Below are positions 1 through 12,041 of a stretch of DNA of 64,000 nucleotides, one piece after another. The notes beneath the pieces were generated by a model. That model made no database searches. It saw only the letters and a program-made list of their open reading frames with translations, and was not told the DNA's origin. The first letter of the stretch is position 1. Every line of letters starts with the position of its first letter. The position numbers were made by a program, and so were the translations under genes. The DNA lies in assembly GCA_029953675.1 (NCBI GenBank), contig JAMWBK010000003.1, positions 2,914,001 through 2,978,000 of the forward strand. Direction: 5' to 3'. Source of the DNA: Rhodosorus marinus CCMP1338. Its lineage: Eukaryota; Plantae; Rhodophyta.

Positions 1-500
1 TCAGTGTCTCACTATTTCAAAAACGTTTTATTGAGCTCTTGTAACGATCGGTTCGATGTTAAGCACACATCTTGACAACAGATTTCCACTTCTTCGTCCT
101 CCCCACCCATACCATGAAAAGCTTCACCCTATAACAACGCTAAAACAGTAATGTTTCGTATTCTGTCCTATAATAACGATCAAAAGCTACTTTTTTGAAG
201 GATTCTGGATCAAGTTGATAAGAACTTGAAAAGAAGTGAGCGGTAAAGTTCTTTGCTAAGCGTTCAGGAAGGGGACTTGTTGACGGAAGCCAGAAGCTTT
301 TTGAGGGACAAGTTAATGTGGAAAGAATTAGCTTTGTCTTGATTTGAAACTTGAATCACGACGTTTGAAGGTGTTTCGTTGATAAGCCCTCGATTTCAGT
401 GTGCTGTTTGGTCTCTGGAAGCTTGTGTTTTGGATCTACTGACGATTGTTCGGCGAGAGTGAGACAAGGAATTGGTCTTTCTACAGATTGAATCGGTGAG

Positions 501-1957
501 ATGATTGCAGTGACCTGCAGTCCTGCGGGTCCTAAGCTTGACTTGAACTATTCTATGCCCACTCCAGCTCCTGGAGAGGCATTGTTGAGAGTCTTGCTGG
601 CTGGGATATGCTCGACGGACGTTGAGGTGGCGTTTCGCAAGTATAAAGGTGGCTTTACTGGGGTTTTAGGGCACGAGGTAAGCCGTTCTGGTCGTCGTCA
701 AAGTGATTTCTTCGTGAAGACGATGGCTGATCTCGAAAATTCGTCTGTTCCGTCAACCAAAAAAACGACGACAAACATGTAGTTCGTCGGTAGAATCGAC
801 GTGCTGAATTTGAAACGCAAGAAAGACTGTGGATTCTCCATTGGAGATCGAGTTGTTTCAGAGATTAACATAGTTCCGTCCTTCTCGAAATCCACTAATT
901 ATCATCAGAGGGCGCAGGTACGTTAGCCCCTCATCGTATCATCAATATCCCACCTGTGTTTCGCCGAGGAATGCAACTATTCGTCTTGATTATATGTCAA
1001 TACCGACGCTTTTGATCGTGATTTGATTGCTCTGACGTCCTCTCAAGGGACGTTGTTGTCATAGAAAGCTTCGCCTCTGATACAGCGTGATATCCGTATC
1101 TGCTTAGGACCCTGATCGATCAGTCCTCGGTCTCATCAAACGCGATGGAGTCTTCGCTGAATACGTTTGTGTCCCCATTGAGAATTTGCACAAAGTACCA
1201 GACAACATCCCACCAGAGGTTGCCGTTTTTACAGAGCCATTAGCTGCCGCTTGCCAGATTCTTGAGCAGGTGAGAGGAGGGCTAAAGACTGTGGAGAGAT
1301 GAAGGGATTGATGAGGGCAGAGAAGGGTCTTGAGAAGGACAGTCGACCTTGTGAACTGTACGCTGCTGCGGAAAATTTTGCTGAAAGGAGGAGGTCATCT
1401 TGGTTTTTCATTTGTCCTGGTCGTAGGTTCATATCAAGCCGACCGATCGATTGGCTGTGCTAGGTATAGGCAAGCTAGGAGTTTTGATTTGCTTCGTTCT
1501 AAAGGCGTGTGGTAAGGATGTGACGGCAATCAGTAAGAAAGGAAGTCACTTTGACGTTCTCGAGTTGAGAGATATCCCGACGAGGAAAGTGAGCGAAGCA
1601 ATGGCGGACATGAAGGAGAGCTTCGACTTGGTTGTTGAGTGTACTGGCAACGCGGAAGGGTTTAATAACGCGCTGGAGCTAGTGAAACCGTACGGAACAA
1701 TCGTGCTGAAGACGACAATGGCCGGGATGACTCAGACAAATCTCACAGCTGTGGTCGTCAAGGAGCTTACGCTCGTGGGATCACGGTGTGGACCTTTCGA
1801 TGCAGCCCTGAGGATGCTCTCGACAAGACAGGTGGTTCTCGATGATATTAAGAAAGATATTTATGATATAACTGCTTTCCCTTCTGCAATAAGCAGAGCA
1901 CTAATGGCGGAAACTCTCAAGGTGATTCTTCGAATAACTCCTACATCAAGTAACTAG
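501..1957 (+). CDS. Zn-dependent medium-chain dehydrogenase/reductase (MDR, alcohol dehydrogenase-like), 4 exons, about 334 aa
   Basis: Exons 501-677, 783-917, 1108-1269 and 1427-1957 join in frame through phase-0 GT-AG introns. Motifs: GICSTD, GHE, EPLAAA, Rossmann VLGIGKLG, VVECTG, GSRCGPF. Confidence 0.9.
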
Positions 1958-1989
1958 AAAAAAACAGCTTGTTGTTAGGTTATTCTAAG

Positions 1990-3036
1990 TTAACGGGTTA
2001 AGAAGAAACTGGTGTTGTTGTCCTCTTCGAAGGGTGTTACGAGCCCCCTTCGGTTCTTGTCTTGCAACCTCCAGACTCTCCATTGACTGATCAAGTCCGC
2101 TTCTGCTTCGCAACCAAGAGCTTTCGCAGGTTGCGTGACCCTGAAAACCGACCCGGGACGGTCAGTAGTTCCCCCGATAGCGGGCATTTTCTTAGCTGGT
2201 GTGAAGTCCTTTCCCGCAAGGGTTAACAGGTCGTCCAAGCTGCTGCCGTCCTTTCTTCCAACAAGTCTAAGCTTTGCCTGTTTCTGAATCTCCAGGGTAG
2301 CTACCTCGGCTTGTGCTCTATGTAACTCGTCAACTTTTCTGTACTCTTCTAGTTCCTCTGCGGAAAGCTTCTTGGGAAGTCTGTGATCAATGATCCTCTC
2401 CGGATACGCGGCGGGCAATAGGCCTGCCATATGTAGCAGCTTCGCAGCTGTAATCCAAAGAGGGAAGTTTTCATTAGAGGCTGAACTGAAAGGCTGGCTG
2501 GGAACCAGTCAAAAGTTTGTACGCAAACGAAGTCCGTTAAGCTTCCAGGCAGATAGAAACTAGGAACAGAAGTGAGAAGAACGTTTACACGTTCAGGCCG
2601 ATGCAAGCGTTTCCCAGCAGTGTATGGCCAACCCCATTGAGCTTGGATCAAAATGGATAAACTAGAATTAAGCTTACCGCTTTCATTTGGTTGTACCCCG
2701 AAGGCCAAAAGCTTCTTTACCGCCTTCACGTTAATAAAACACCGCTTGCTTCTCTCCATACTCTAGCAAGATTTTTGATTTCCGAATAGAGCCGGGGTTA
2801 TGTCAGAGCTGGAAGAAAACAGTCAGATCCTTCGTTGGGGCGATCATGGTCCGCATCCATACCTCATCGTACGACATAAAGTTGGGATAGAAGAACCCCA
2901 ATTTTAACACTGGTCTCCCTCGGAGTCTCCTGAATCGAGACGTAAGAACAATTCGAAACCAATGTCTATCACTCCTTCTCCATCTTTGGAGCTTGATCCT
3001 GTACTTGAAAGTCCAATTTCCGAAGATTGCAGGCAT
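1990..3036 (-). CDS. rps16: Ribosomal protein S16 (probably mitochondrial bS16m) with a long C-terminal extension, 3 exons, about 238 aa
   Basis: Exons 3036-2863, 2762-2678 and 2447-1990 splice in frame. YRIKLQRW..WFRIVL....R.RG..V.KLGFFYP, then FINVKAVKKLLAFGVQPNESAAKLLHMAGLLP, matches the S16 pattern (IRLAR..FYRIVV...G..IE..G.Y.P / LN....YWL..GAQP....LL..AGLLP). Confidence 0.8.
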
Positions 3037-3359
3037 GATCGTCGGACTCTACTTCTTCTTGAACTCGTGTATTCGCCGCCGGCTCTTCCCTTTCGGATCC
3101 TATCTCTCTGAAGGAAGGAGAAAACCCAAAGAAGCGCGAGCACAAGAACTAAACGATAACTACCCAGAACATCCTCTTCCACCTTCCCTACCAGTGGCAG
3201 CCAAACCGGCAACAGGTCCTTCGAAGGCTTCACCATTCTCAACCCTCAAAAACAAAAGAAAAAGGAGGTCCAACCTCGACGGGAAAAAGTTGTACAAGTC
3301 CATATTACTTCTAAGTGTCAAATATATTATCAATCATTTTCCTCGAAGAGATCAATTTT

Positions 3360-3760
3360 AGTTCTAATAATTAATACAATAAGCAGTCAACATATTAATA
3401 TGGAAATATTCATAGTGACACTTACATTGGTTGTCAGAATCTAGAACAAAAAAGTTATTTATATGTCATATTGCATTCAGTCTATTTTCAATGTATAGGG
3501 GCGATTTTGTTCAAAGGAACGCTTATCTTTTCAGTGTCGATTGGCTTACAACGTGACACCTAAGAGCAACGGGAGTGACTCTTAAGTAAGTAAATTTTAA
3601 GTGTCATCATGTATTCTTTGTATTTTGATTCAATAGTTAATTTAATTTACTGAATATGATATAATGTTCAGTCATTAATCTTTTTAATTAGATTTACATT
3701 ATGACGTTTAAATGTATTCTTTTTCTCTGTGGTGGGATTTGAGTGCAGTGTTTGTGTCCT
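3360..3760. promoter_or_regulatory. AT-rich intergenic core, putative bidirectional promoter
   Basis: Sharp drop in GC between divergently oriented genes. ATTGG at 3426 and 3540, and repeated TGACAC/GTGTCA. Confidence 0.5.
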
Positions 3761-4309
3761 CTTTTGACGGTATGGGTTTGGCCCTAGTTTTTAGAGTAGC
3801 AGTGGTAGGAAATTCGGGGTTCCCGACTAGAATTGTGGACGCGAGGTACCTCTGGATTTGATCTTCTGCAGGAGCAACACTATGTACGATGGTAGAGCCT
3901 GTCGAGGGCTCGGAGTTTTCGATGGCTGGCAGCCGTGCACTGGTCTTTCAAGGAATATGATTCTCCCCGCATCCTCCGGCAGATGTTCTTGATTTCAGGG
4001 GCTTATCGTAGCGAATGCACCCACATCATCTAATTATACTCCTAGGAGTTGGTGCAAACCCCATGGATGCCCCCCAGGTTCAGAATTGGAAGTAATTGCT
4101 GTCATGAACATAGATCTAAAAACTTTTCGCTCCAGACACCACATTTGAAGATGGATCGAGCAACCCCGGCGGCCTCCGCTATTCGGAACACCTTGGCATC
4201 TCTTGAATTGACGTTTGTAAAAAGTCTCGAAAACGTGAGAAGCGTTGCTTCGCATCGAATTTTATGCACCTCTTGGTCGACGCAAAAGGTTGAGATTTTA
4301 GCCGTCCTA

Positions 4310-4610
4310 TACCAGCTTGCAAACCCTTTGGCAGCTCTTGACTAGACGATTCAACCCCTTTGATAGTTTCCTTGAAGTATAGACAGAAGTTTACTTCTTG
4401 AGATACATCTACCTCACCCTTACAGCCTCAGTGTTCGTCTATCCATTCAGAGGCAGGAGTAGTTTTATTCCTAACATTTACCAAGCTGTTTGCGAACCCT
4501 TTGGAACCACTTGACAAGACGATTCAACTCTTAGATACCTTCTCGCGATGATTTTGCTTCGGACGGATACACATCAGGTTCCTCTCTCAATAGCCTCTGC
4601 AGCCCTGGGT
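4310..4610 (+). repeat. Degenerate tandem duplication, period 173 bp
   Basis: GC(A/G)AACCCTTTGG at 4319 and 4492, and GACGATTCAAC at 4345 and 4518, share the same 173-bp offset. Confidence 0.65.
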
Positions 4611-4637
4611 CTATGAGAATCCGTTGTCGATTCCGGG

Positions 4638-6797
4638 GTGGTGAAGATATTGCGCTACGAGCAGGAATGGAGAGCTGTTGAGGATGGAGGGATGTTAGTC
4701 GATACTGACGAGGTCAGGTGTATGCTGTTTCCCGTGGCTCTGCCATCGTTTGAGTTTGAGTTGGCCTTTTTTCTTTCTGGTCATGTGATGGAGGCTTTCG
4801 AACTTTTGCTGAAGAAGTTCGAGGCTATACTTGAAATGATTCCGTAAGTGTCTCTGTTCTTTTGAGGTCGATAGTTGATGCATGCTCATGCGATTATTTT
4901 GTATGCTATGCTGTCGTTAATAATAGGGCTACAGATCGACGCAGCTTGTCGTGGAGAAATCTGCAGGAGCAATACCTCCAAGTGAAGGAGGCGTTTGACA
5001 AGATCTGTATTGTGGTTGCTGAGTGGAAAAGCGCGCCCGCGTCAACAGGGGCTTTGCTAAAAACTATTGAGGCTAAGGTTCAGACTGAAATTCAGGCTAT
5101 TGAATCAATAGCCAAGGCAATCATGGATATGACGGAGATGACGAACGTTCTTGTAGTGAAGACCGACTTCTCCGGTCACGGTGCTGACCGGGGCGATGAA
5201 GCTGGCATCGTTACGCCAGAGCTAACCTTTGTGAACCCAGATGCTGCATCTAAAAGCCAGTAAGCGCCAAATTCTTTTGCTTTCGATGCAACGAGTGGGA
5301 TGAATTCCTGGAGCACTCACAATTTGATGGCATGTACTCCTTCATCAGGGCGTTGCGGGACATGATCTCGCAGTTTGCTGATGCACTGCGGGCGTTGGAC
5401 GAGACTCTGGACATGGAAGGAGACCGACTGATGGACTTGAAGAGTAAAAAAGAGGGACTGGAGTTTAGGATAAAGAACGAGAGGGATACAATGAGTGCCT
5501 TAAACCTGATTGTGGATACTGAGAGAAGAAACGCGGAAGGGCTTAGAGTTAAGGGCGATAAGTGGAAGTTTGACGTCGCCCAGCGCCTAGGCAGGCTCGG
5601 CGAGCAGGTGAAGAGCTTGAAAGATACGCAAGCAGAACTCCTTCGCGAGCAGCACGAAGGCGAGGTTGAGACAGCAATGGAGCTGAAGAAGAATCAAACT
5701 GTCATCGCCATACGGGACGCACTCTGGAGGCGGTAAGATCTAATCCAGTTCCGGACGTGCCCTTCGTTGCTGGGCAGGGAGACGGAACCTTTCTGCTGAG
5801 AAATAGTTAAGTTAGACTGCCCACGTGTTGGATTTTTGACTGAGAGCAATGGGAAGTTCCCATTTTTTTTTGTTTTTGGTTGCTCATGTATTAGAATAAC
5901 GTACGGAGAAGCCGCGAAGAAGGCGCTGAGTGAAGAAGAAATCCTGGTTCAACGGCTAAGGAATGAACTTGAAAAGCTGAAGAAGATAGTTGTTGACTCT
6001 GGACGCCCGCGCCTTCATTCGAAGGCGAGACTAGCAAGCATGCAGGAAGTTGTTGCTGTGTACGAGAAAAGGTACGACCTTGACTATTTGACCTTCTGCT
6101 TGTGAAAATCACCGAAGTACGCCTTCTACCTCACCCGAGGGCCTCCCGTGATCTCTTCGTTCGGCACATCTAGGATTGGCATCGAGCTGAGATTTGTGGA
6201 AACAGCGCATGAGGATTTAAGCCATCTGAGAGCGCACCAGAAGACTCTGCTCTTGGAGAAAGCAGACCTATTGAAATCGATAAAATTTCTTAAAGAAATC
6301 ACAGATGAACGGCAGAAGGTAGGCGCCTGCCCGCAACTGGCAGCATGTTTTTTGGGTACCACGCATCATCCGATTCTCGGTCGTCTGCATATCGTGCCGC
6401 TCTAGTCTGGCCTTCTACCTCGCCACGGTTTTAGTCAGGATTTGGAATTACAATCTCACGCCTTTGTTGTCATCAAGATGCATTGGTCAGCATTTTCGTG
6501 GCAAGCGTTTGCAGAGGACGGTGAATCTTTGATGCCGTGATTGCCCGACACCATGCTCTGCTTCTCACATGGTGATTCAAATTTTACCTCTTGGTTGTCC
6601 AGGATGTATCCTTAAGGGAGGATAGCATGTGGAAACGATTTGAATCAGCGCGGCAGCTGAACCGATTATCCATGTATGCAAAGCCTCGTCAGTTTTCGCG
6701 AAAAAAGTTTTCTGCTGTCATGACATGTCAGCTCACAGGCGCTAACCAGAGTTTCGTGTTCTTCTTTGGTGCAACAGCGATCGTCTTGAGGAGTTGA
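4638..6797 (+). CDS. Multi-exon coiled-coil protein of unknown function (boundaries approximate)
   Basis: A chain of + strand ORFs (4638, 4862, 5332, 5836, 6148, 6591) has heptad-rich E/K/L/R content and is bounded by GTAAG/GTACG/GTAGG donors and YAG acceptors. No family recognised. Confidence 0.55.
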
Positions 6798-7295
6798 AAT
6801 TGATAACCGATCAAAGGGAATCTTAATTTGTGTGAGAAAAGTCGCTACTGAAGTTTTCTGTACTTTGTACATGTATTCTTATTTATCTATCCCTAATTCC
6901 TACGGGAATGGTTGTCTTAACAATGTAAATTAGCCATGACTTTGACTTAATTCATCTGAGGATTTCCAATCTCACAGATCCCATAAAGACGGCTTATGTT
7001 GCGCAAAGGCAGGCCATCAGCCACCTCTTGAAATCGACACCAGTGGACTTTCGTCTACTACGTCCTCTACGTCCCGGCAAATCATGCGCCCAGCCATGTG
7101 GCGATGGCAGGAGCGAATATGGTTTCTCTAAGACTGAAGCAATAGCCCTTGCAGCGGAAGCTTTCTTAGCGACATCGTCACGGAGAACTATATCATAACA
7201 CTGACCTTGTGGGGAAGAAAAAGCCCTGTCATGGGAAGCTGTTTTTGTGCAACCTCGTGGCACGATTGCGTAAACGCTCGTAGTCGTCAACAAGC

Positions 7296-7321
<26 letters not shown>
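7296..7321. repeat. (TA)13 microsatellite
   Basis: Read directly from the sequence. Confidence 0.95.
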
Positions 7322-7327
<6 letters not shown>

Positions 7328-8718
7328 GCATTCACCCCGGGGACAATTCGCCTGATCATTAAAATCGAAACGGGACAGTCCCAACACAAAATCTAATTTC
7401 TGAAAGAAAATAGGAATAGTCTATTTCAATCCAAAAACAATTTTATAATCGATATCGTGGAGCTACATAGTTTGGATAGTTTCAGAGTTTCTCCCTTTTT
7501 TTTACGCCAGGAAGCTGGTATTGAATCCATGAATAATCGTTAATATTGACCAGACATCTTCATTCTTGTGACACTGAAGATTCTTTAATAAAACATTTCA
7601 TCCAATGACTTACCTGAAAATGTAGGCTTCTACAAATCATAAATCTACACGTGGATCTATTTTTCCAATCAACGTACAACCTGACCACTGGCATTCCAAC
7701 TCTTCCGGGCATCACATGAACCGAATATTCCCCCCCCTTGGTTGTTTCACACATGTGAACTAGAATGGACTAATTTATATTAATGTATTGAATATTACCG
7801 GGGATGATCTGAAAATCCGCACCTGTTATGATACGGGTTCTTTTGAAAACCCCAAAACATGCAAAAAAAAAAGGTTGCCGATTTCTCATTGAGAAGGGGG
7901 TTAGGAAGAAAACATGGACGTCTGAAAGCCGTGCATTGCCAAAACATGGTGAACAAATCCTGACATTCATAAAATTCTAGTTCTTTTAACGTATTTTATC
8001 CGTTAACCGAAATGTTCATGATCAATTCCAACCCCTACAAGAATGCGGTTGTTCAAGTCACACAGATAAAAGGAAGGGGGGGGGTGGTAGCGCATATTAA
8101 GACGAAGCGCCCGGACCGATAAGAACGTCAATGGAAGACTCTAATTCGGCTTGTTTGTTTACCCTAACAAAACAACCACCACCTCCCCCTTTTTTTCTTT
8201 TTTTTCTTGGAACTGTCGGAAACTTGAAGGGACAGGAAGGCGACTTGACAAAAACCCCAAACCCCCCCTCCCTTTTATACACCTTTAACAAAATTTTAAG
8301 GGGTTATGTAAACGGACTAAACATTTTCAAATATTGATTACCGATGAATCGTAAAACTATTTGCATATCTTTGATTACCTTTTTCTTTCTTAGGTTTCCA
8401 AGAAATCTGAATCCGGGGGTTCGTTTTTCTCTACGACATGGAGGACATGGCTATATATGAAGCAGTGCATAGTTAGCTTAGCTGAGGGGGGAGGGGGGGG
8501 AGATGGTTTGGTAGGGACAGGCGAGAAGGGCTTTTCAGCGTGAATGCAATGTGTTGGACGTGTTGTTTTGCTACAGCCTAGATTTTTGGTTTGCTGCACG
8601 TGAGCAGGTCGGTGTTTTTGGTCTGAATAGTATTCGACTGGCCATGGGAGCAGCGTCGTTGTAGGGTTATTGTTATTTTTGTTTTATATTTTCGGGTGAT
8701 TGAGGGAATTGTGGAGTG

Positions 8719-9323
8719 ATGACGATTAAGAGGGTTGCAACAGGGGGTGGACCGTTTGAGGAAGCGACTGTGCTCCTTCGGCGAATGCGAGAGCTTCAGG
8801 CGACGCTAGGTAGGTGTGATGAGCTCAGGGTTGAGGCTGGCAGTGAAGCACTCTTCGTAGTTTAGGGGGTGGAGCCAAGGAGGTTCGCCCCTTCCTTGAA
8901 CGTGCAGTCGGCGCTTGTTCTGATATGTGATAGCTTTCGTCTTCATTGTTAGATGCGAGAGAGAACAAGTACACTGAAACTGAACGCCGGCTGGCGCTCA
9001 GTCAGGAGCAGCTGATGAAGCGTTTTGGGAGGGTGCCTATGGAACATAGTCACTCGAGGAAGACAATTGGATGCGTGCGAGAAGATATGTCAACGCTAGC
9101 TGAACTCTCAAAGACGCTTCGACAGGAGTCTGAACGATGTGCACAAGAGAACATTCAGCTGAAGGCGGAGAATCAATCCTTTTTGGAGGAGAACCAAAAG
9201 CTTCAGATGCAGATTCGACAGTTTGAAGCTGGAAACTATGTGGAATATACCTCTCCAATGAGCTTGCTTGGTCCCCAAGATGCTGCAATGGAGCCGGAGA
9301 CTGGTGAGAGTTCGGGTAAATAG
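8719..9323 (+). CDS. Leucine-zipper-only protein, paralog of the neighbouring bZIP lacking the basic region, 2 exons, about 154 aa
   Basis: ATG at 8719, phase-1 intron 8810-8952 (GTAGG..TTAG), exon 2 open to TAG at 9323. The zipper aligns without gaps to the 11448 bZIP at 18/46 identity. Confidence 0.7.
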
Positions 9324-11447
9324 AAATGCATGCCTGCGTTTAGAAAGCGAAGGAGGCAATGAACATATGTGGCTCTCCAAACTGGTTCCGTTTGACGAAG
9401 AGCTCTGTCATTGCGGCTTGAAATCAGTTGAGAATTTGATAAAGTATAATTTGTAAAGTTATAAATATGGACATTCTTTTAAGTTGTTGGTGGACGGAAG
9501 AGGCTGAAAGTATTTGCCTTTGTCAGAAGACTAGAATTTGGAAAAGAGCATGTGCTTATCTCCTTTGTTTTATTCGAAGAGGAAGTGGATACCGAATGGC
9601 GTGAGCGCAGTCGCCCGCCAAGGTGGACATCAGGTATGTTCCATCGAACCTATGTCATCTCTCGTAGAACGAGAAAGCACTTCAAAGCAGTACTCGTGAG
9701 TTTCGATTGGCTTTCTGCAGTTCAAAATATCCCAACGTGGTGCAGAATTAGTTTCGGCGCAGGAGAAGAAAGCACCTCTCCCCAGAGAGAATCTGAGGAA
9801 AGGAAAGGTCTAAGCAAAAACCTAACACCTATGCGTGTAGCTGGAACTTAAAACTCATTTTCCTAAAAAACGGGGTTGATAAAGTTCCGGGAGCAGCATT
9901 GGTTTCGCATGTCCAGACCTCTAGCCCAGTGGCGTAAACAGTCACACAGGAAACCCAAATGGCCGCCAGTGCGCAACAGGAGACGCCGCATGCATGCAGA
10001 TTGAACGAGTTTCGTGTACGGTTGCATTGGTGTACTTCGCTCTGTGACCCAAGCAAAGAACTAGAAGGAAGGCAAAGTAGACTAGTGTCCACTTGCAAGG
10101 AATCCATTTAAATGGTTCCATCAGTGGCCTCTCGTCATGCGTGTCTCCCATCGCCCCCCACCCACGAGCAATTGCGACCAGGCCAAAAGAAGTCAGATGT
10201 TTCCTTCGGACGATGGATCATCAAGCACAAGTGAAAGCTCCTCAGCTTCAGCAAACTGAAGGAAGAATTCAAAACCAGCGTCCAAACTGGAGGTCACAGA
10301 TCGTACTCCATGGCCTGCACGCGAGTGAGATGTTCATCCCCGAACTTTCGCGATAACCTAACCCCCGAAAAGCACATCTGATTTACTATTCTAATCCGGA
10401 CCTCAGCACTGAATTTAGTACAATATAGTACAACGTACGATAGATACTAACATCCTCAACATCAGTTGCGTTACCCTGGGTTTAAAAAGAAAAAAAACAA
10501 CGAGACCAGCTGGAATATACACTTTTTTCCTCCCCCATTTCGAAAGAATAGAAATCGAATATCTTAATTTATTATTATTTCAAACAATATATTCTAATCG
10601 CTTCCCCCTCTTCGTTTCAAGTGATGTGCTTCGCCATATCAGAATCAGCGGAGAAGGGAGGGGGGGGGGGGAAACTGTATTCACCCTCACTACCTCAAAA
10701 ATATTTTTGAAAAAGAAGATATATGGAGAAAGGAGCTCCAGCATCACCAACTCGTGGAAGCCATGGCAAGCGAGTTTCGCGTCATCTTATTCCAATTATT
10801 TTCGAATAAACAAGAACCGTCTTTTTGCCTCCCCAAAATACAATTTACCAAAATTTTAATGCTCCTAAGGTATTTAGAATCTTGATAAGGAGGGTACAAA
10901 AAGCGGTCTTTGAGACATCAACTAATACCTTTTATTATCAGATAAAATAAAAAAGCATTTCATGGGTAAAACAAATACCCTGGGTAAAAAAGGATTTATA
11001 GCTATGCTATTATCGAAGAAAAACAGCTTTGTTCGATTTCTTCCTTTTTTTTACTCGCCGGTCTGACTCGGTGATGGAATACTCTCATTGTTGCGTGGAG
11101 TATTCCGTCACTAGCTTACTTTCGATTTATAACTGGCAGAGTTCCCCAGAGCAGTGCTTTGACGAAGGTGACGGGGGAGGTGGTCCAGGGAGTGGGACTT
11201 GCTATGAAGGGTTGAAGTATACATAAGTAAACGAGTTTCTTGGTTTGTTAGTGGATTTTGGTGTTTCTTTGGAGAACATCGGTTGGCGGTAGTATGAGTT
11301 TGGATGATGGGGCTTAGTTGATGGCGGCATTGAAAGTTTAGGGAAAGGAGAGGTTGGGAGGACTGTTTGAGAGAGGTAGCTGGTTTGCTTTGGTGTTTTT
11401 CTTTTTTGGCGGTGGGAGGGTGATTTTTCTAGTAGTCGTAGGGAGGT

Positions 11448-12041
11448 ATGGAAGTGATAAGAGACATTTCACGAGAGTACGAGGACTTGGATCCGTTGTA
11501 CGGGTTTGAGGTTGGAGAGGAGTTGTGGGCACTTGGTGAAGGTGAGAATAATAAACCAAGCGGTTTGAACACTAGCGGAGGGAATCTATTTCCTGAAAAT
11601 GATAGGAACGAGGAGTGGAATACCGAAATGATAGCGGAGGATTATGCCTCTGGTGAGCACAGCCCCGAAGACGCGTGTAACAGCGAGGAGCATTCTAAGG
11701 ATGAAGGCAAGAAAGACGTGGATTGGGTTCGTTACAAGCGGAAGTTGAGGAATAGGGAATCTGCCGCTCGGTCTAGGAGGAAGCATCAAAGCGCCATCGA
11801 GTGTCTGAGGAAGGAAGTGCGAGAACTTTGCGACTGCTCGAAGGGACTCCTTGATCGTTGCCAGGATTGCGCGATGGAGAATGCTCGGCTCAAGGAGGAG
11901 AACACCAAATTGTTTTGTCAGAACACGAAGCTGCGCCTGGAGCTTTTCATGATGATGGTCGCAAAGTCAACCCCCGAATTGCAGAAGGCTTCCTCGATGT
12001 ATCTGACTCCTCGGATTCCGGAAATGGAGCGGGTGGAATAG
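11448..12041 (+). CDS. bZIP transcription factor, 197 aa, single exon
   Basis: Basic region KRKLRNRESAARSRRK with the invariant N-x7-R, followed by a heptad zipper. Acidic N-terminus. Confidence 0.9.
   Translation: MEVIRDISREYEDLDPLYGFEVGEELWALGEGENNKPSGLNTSGGNLFPENDRNEEWNTEMIAEDYASGEHSPEDACNSEEHSKDEGKKDVDWVRYKRKLRNRESAARSRRKHQSAIECLRKEVRELCDCSKGLLDRCQDCAMENARLKEENTKLFCQNTKLRLELFMMMVAKSTPELQKASSMYLTPRIPEMERVE

Noticed and set aside
2993-3361. 122-aa + strand ORF with a KNKRKRR NLS-like stretch
   Set aside because: It overlaps the C/A-rich 5' flank of rps16, and compositional bias explains the open frame.
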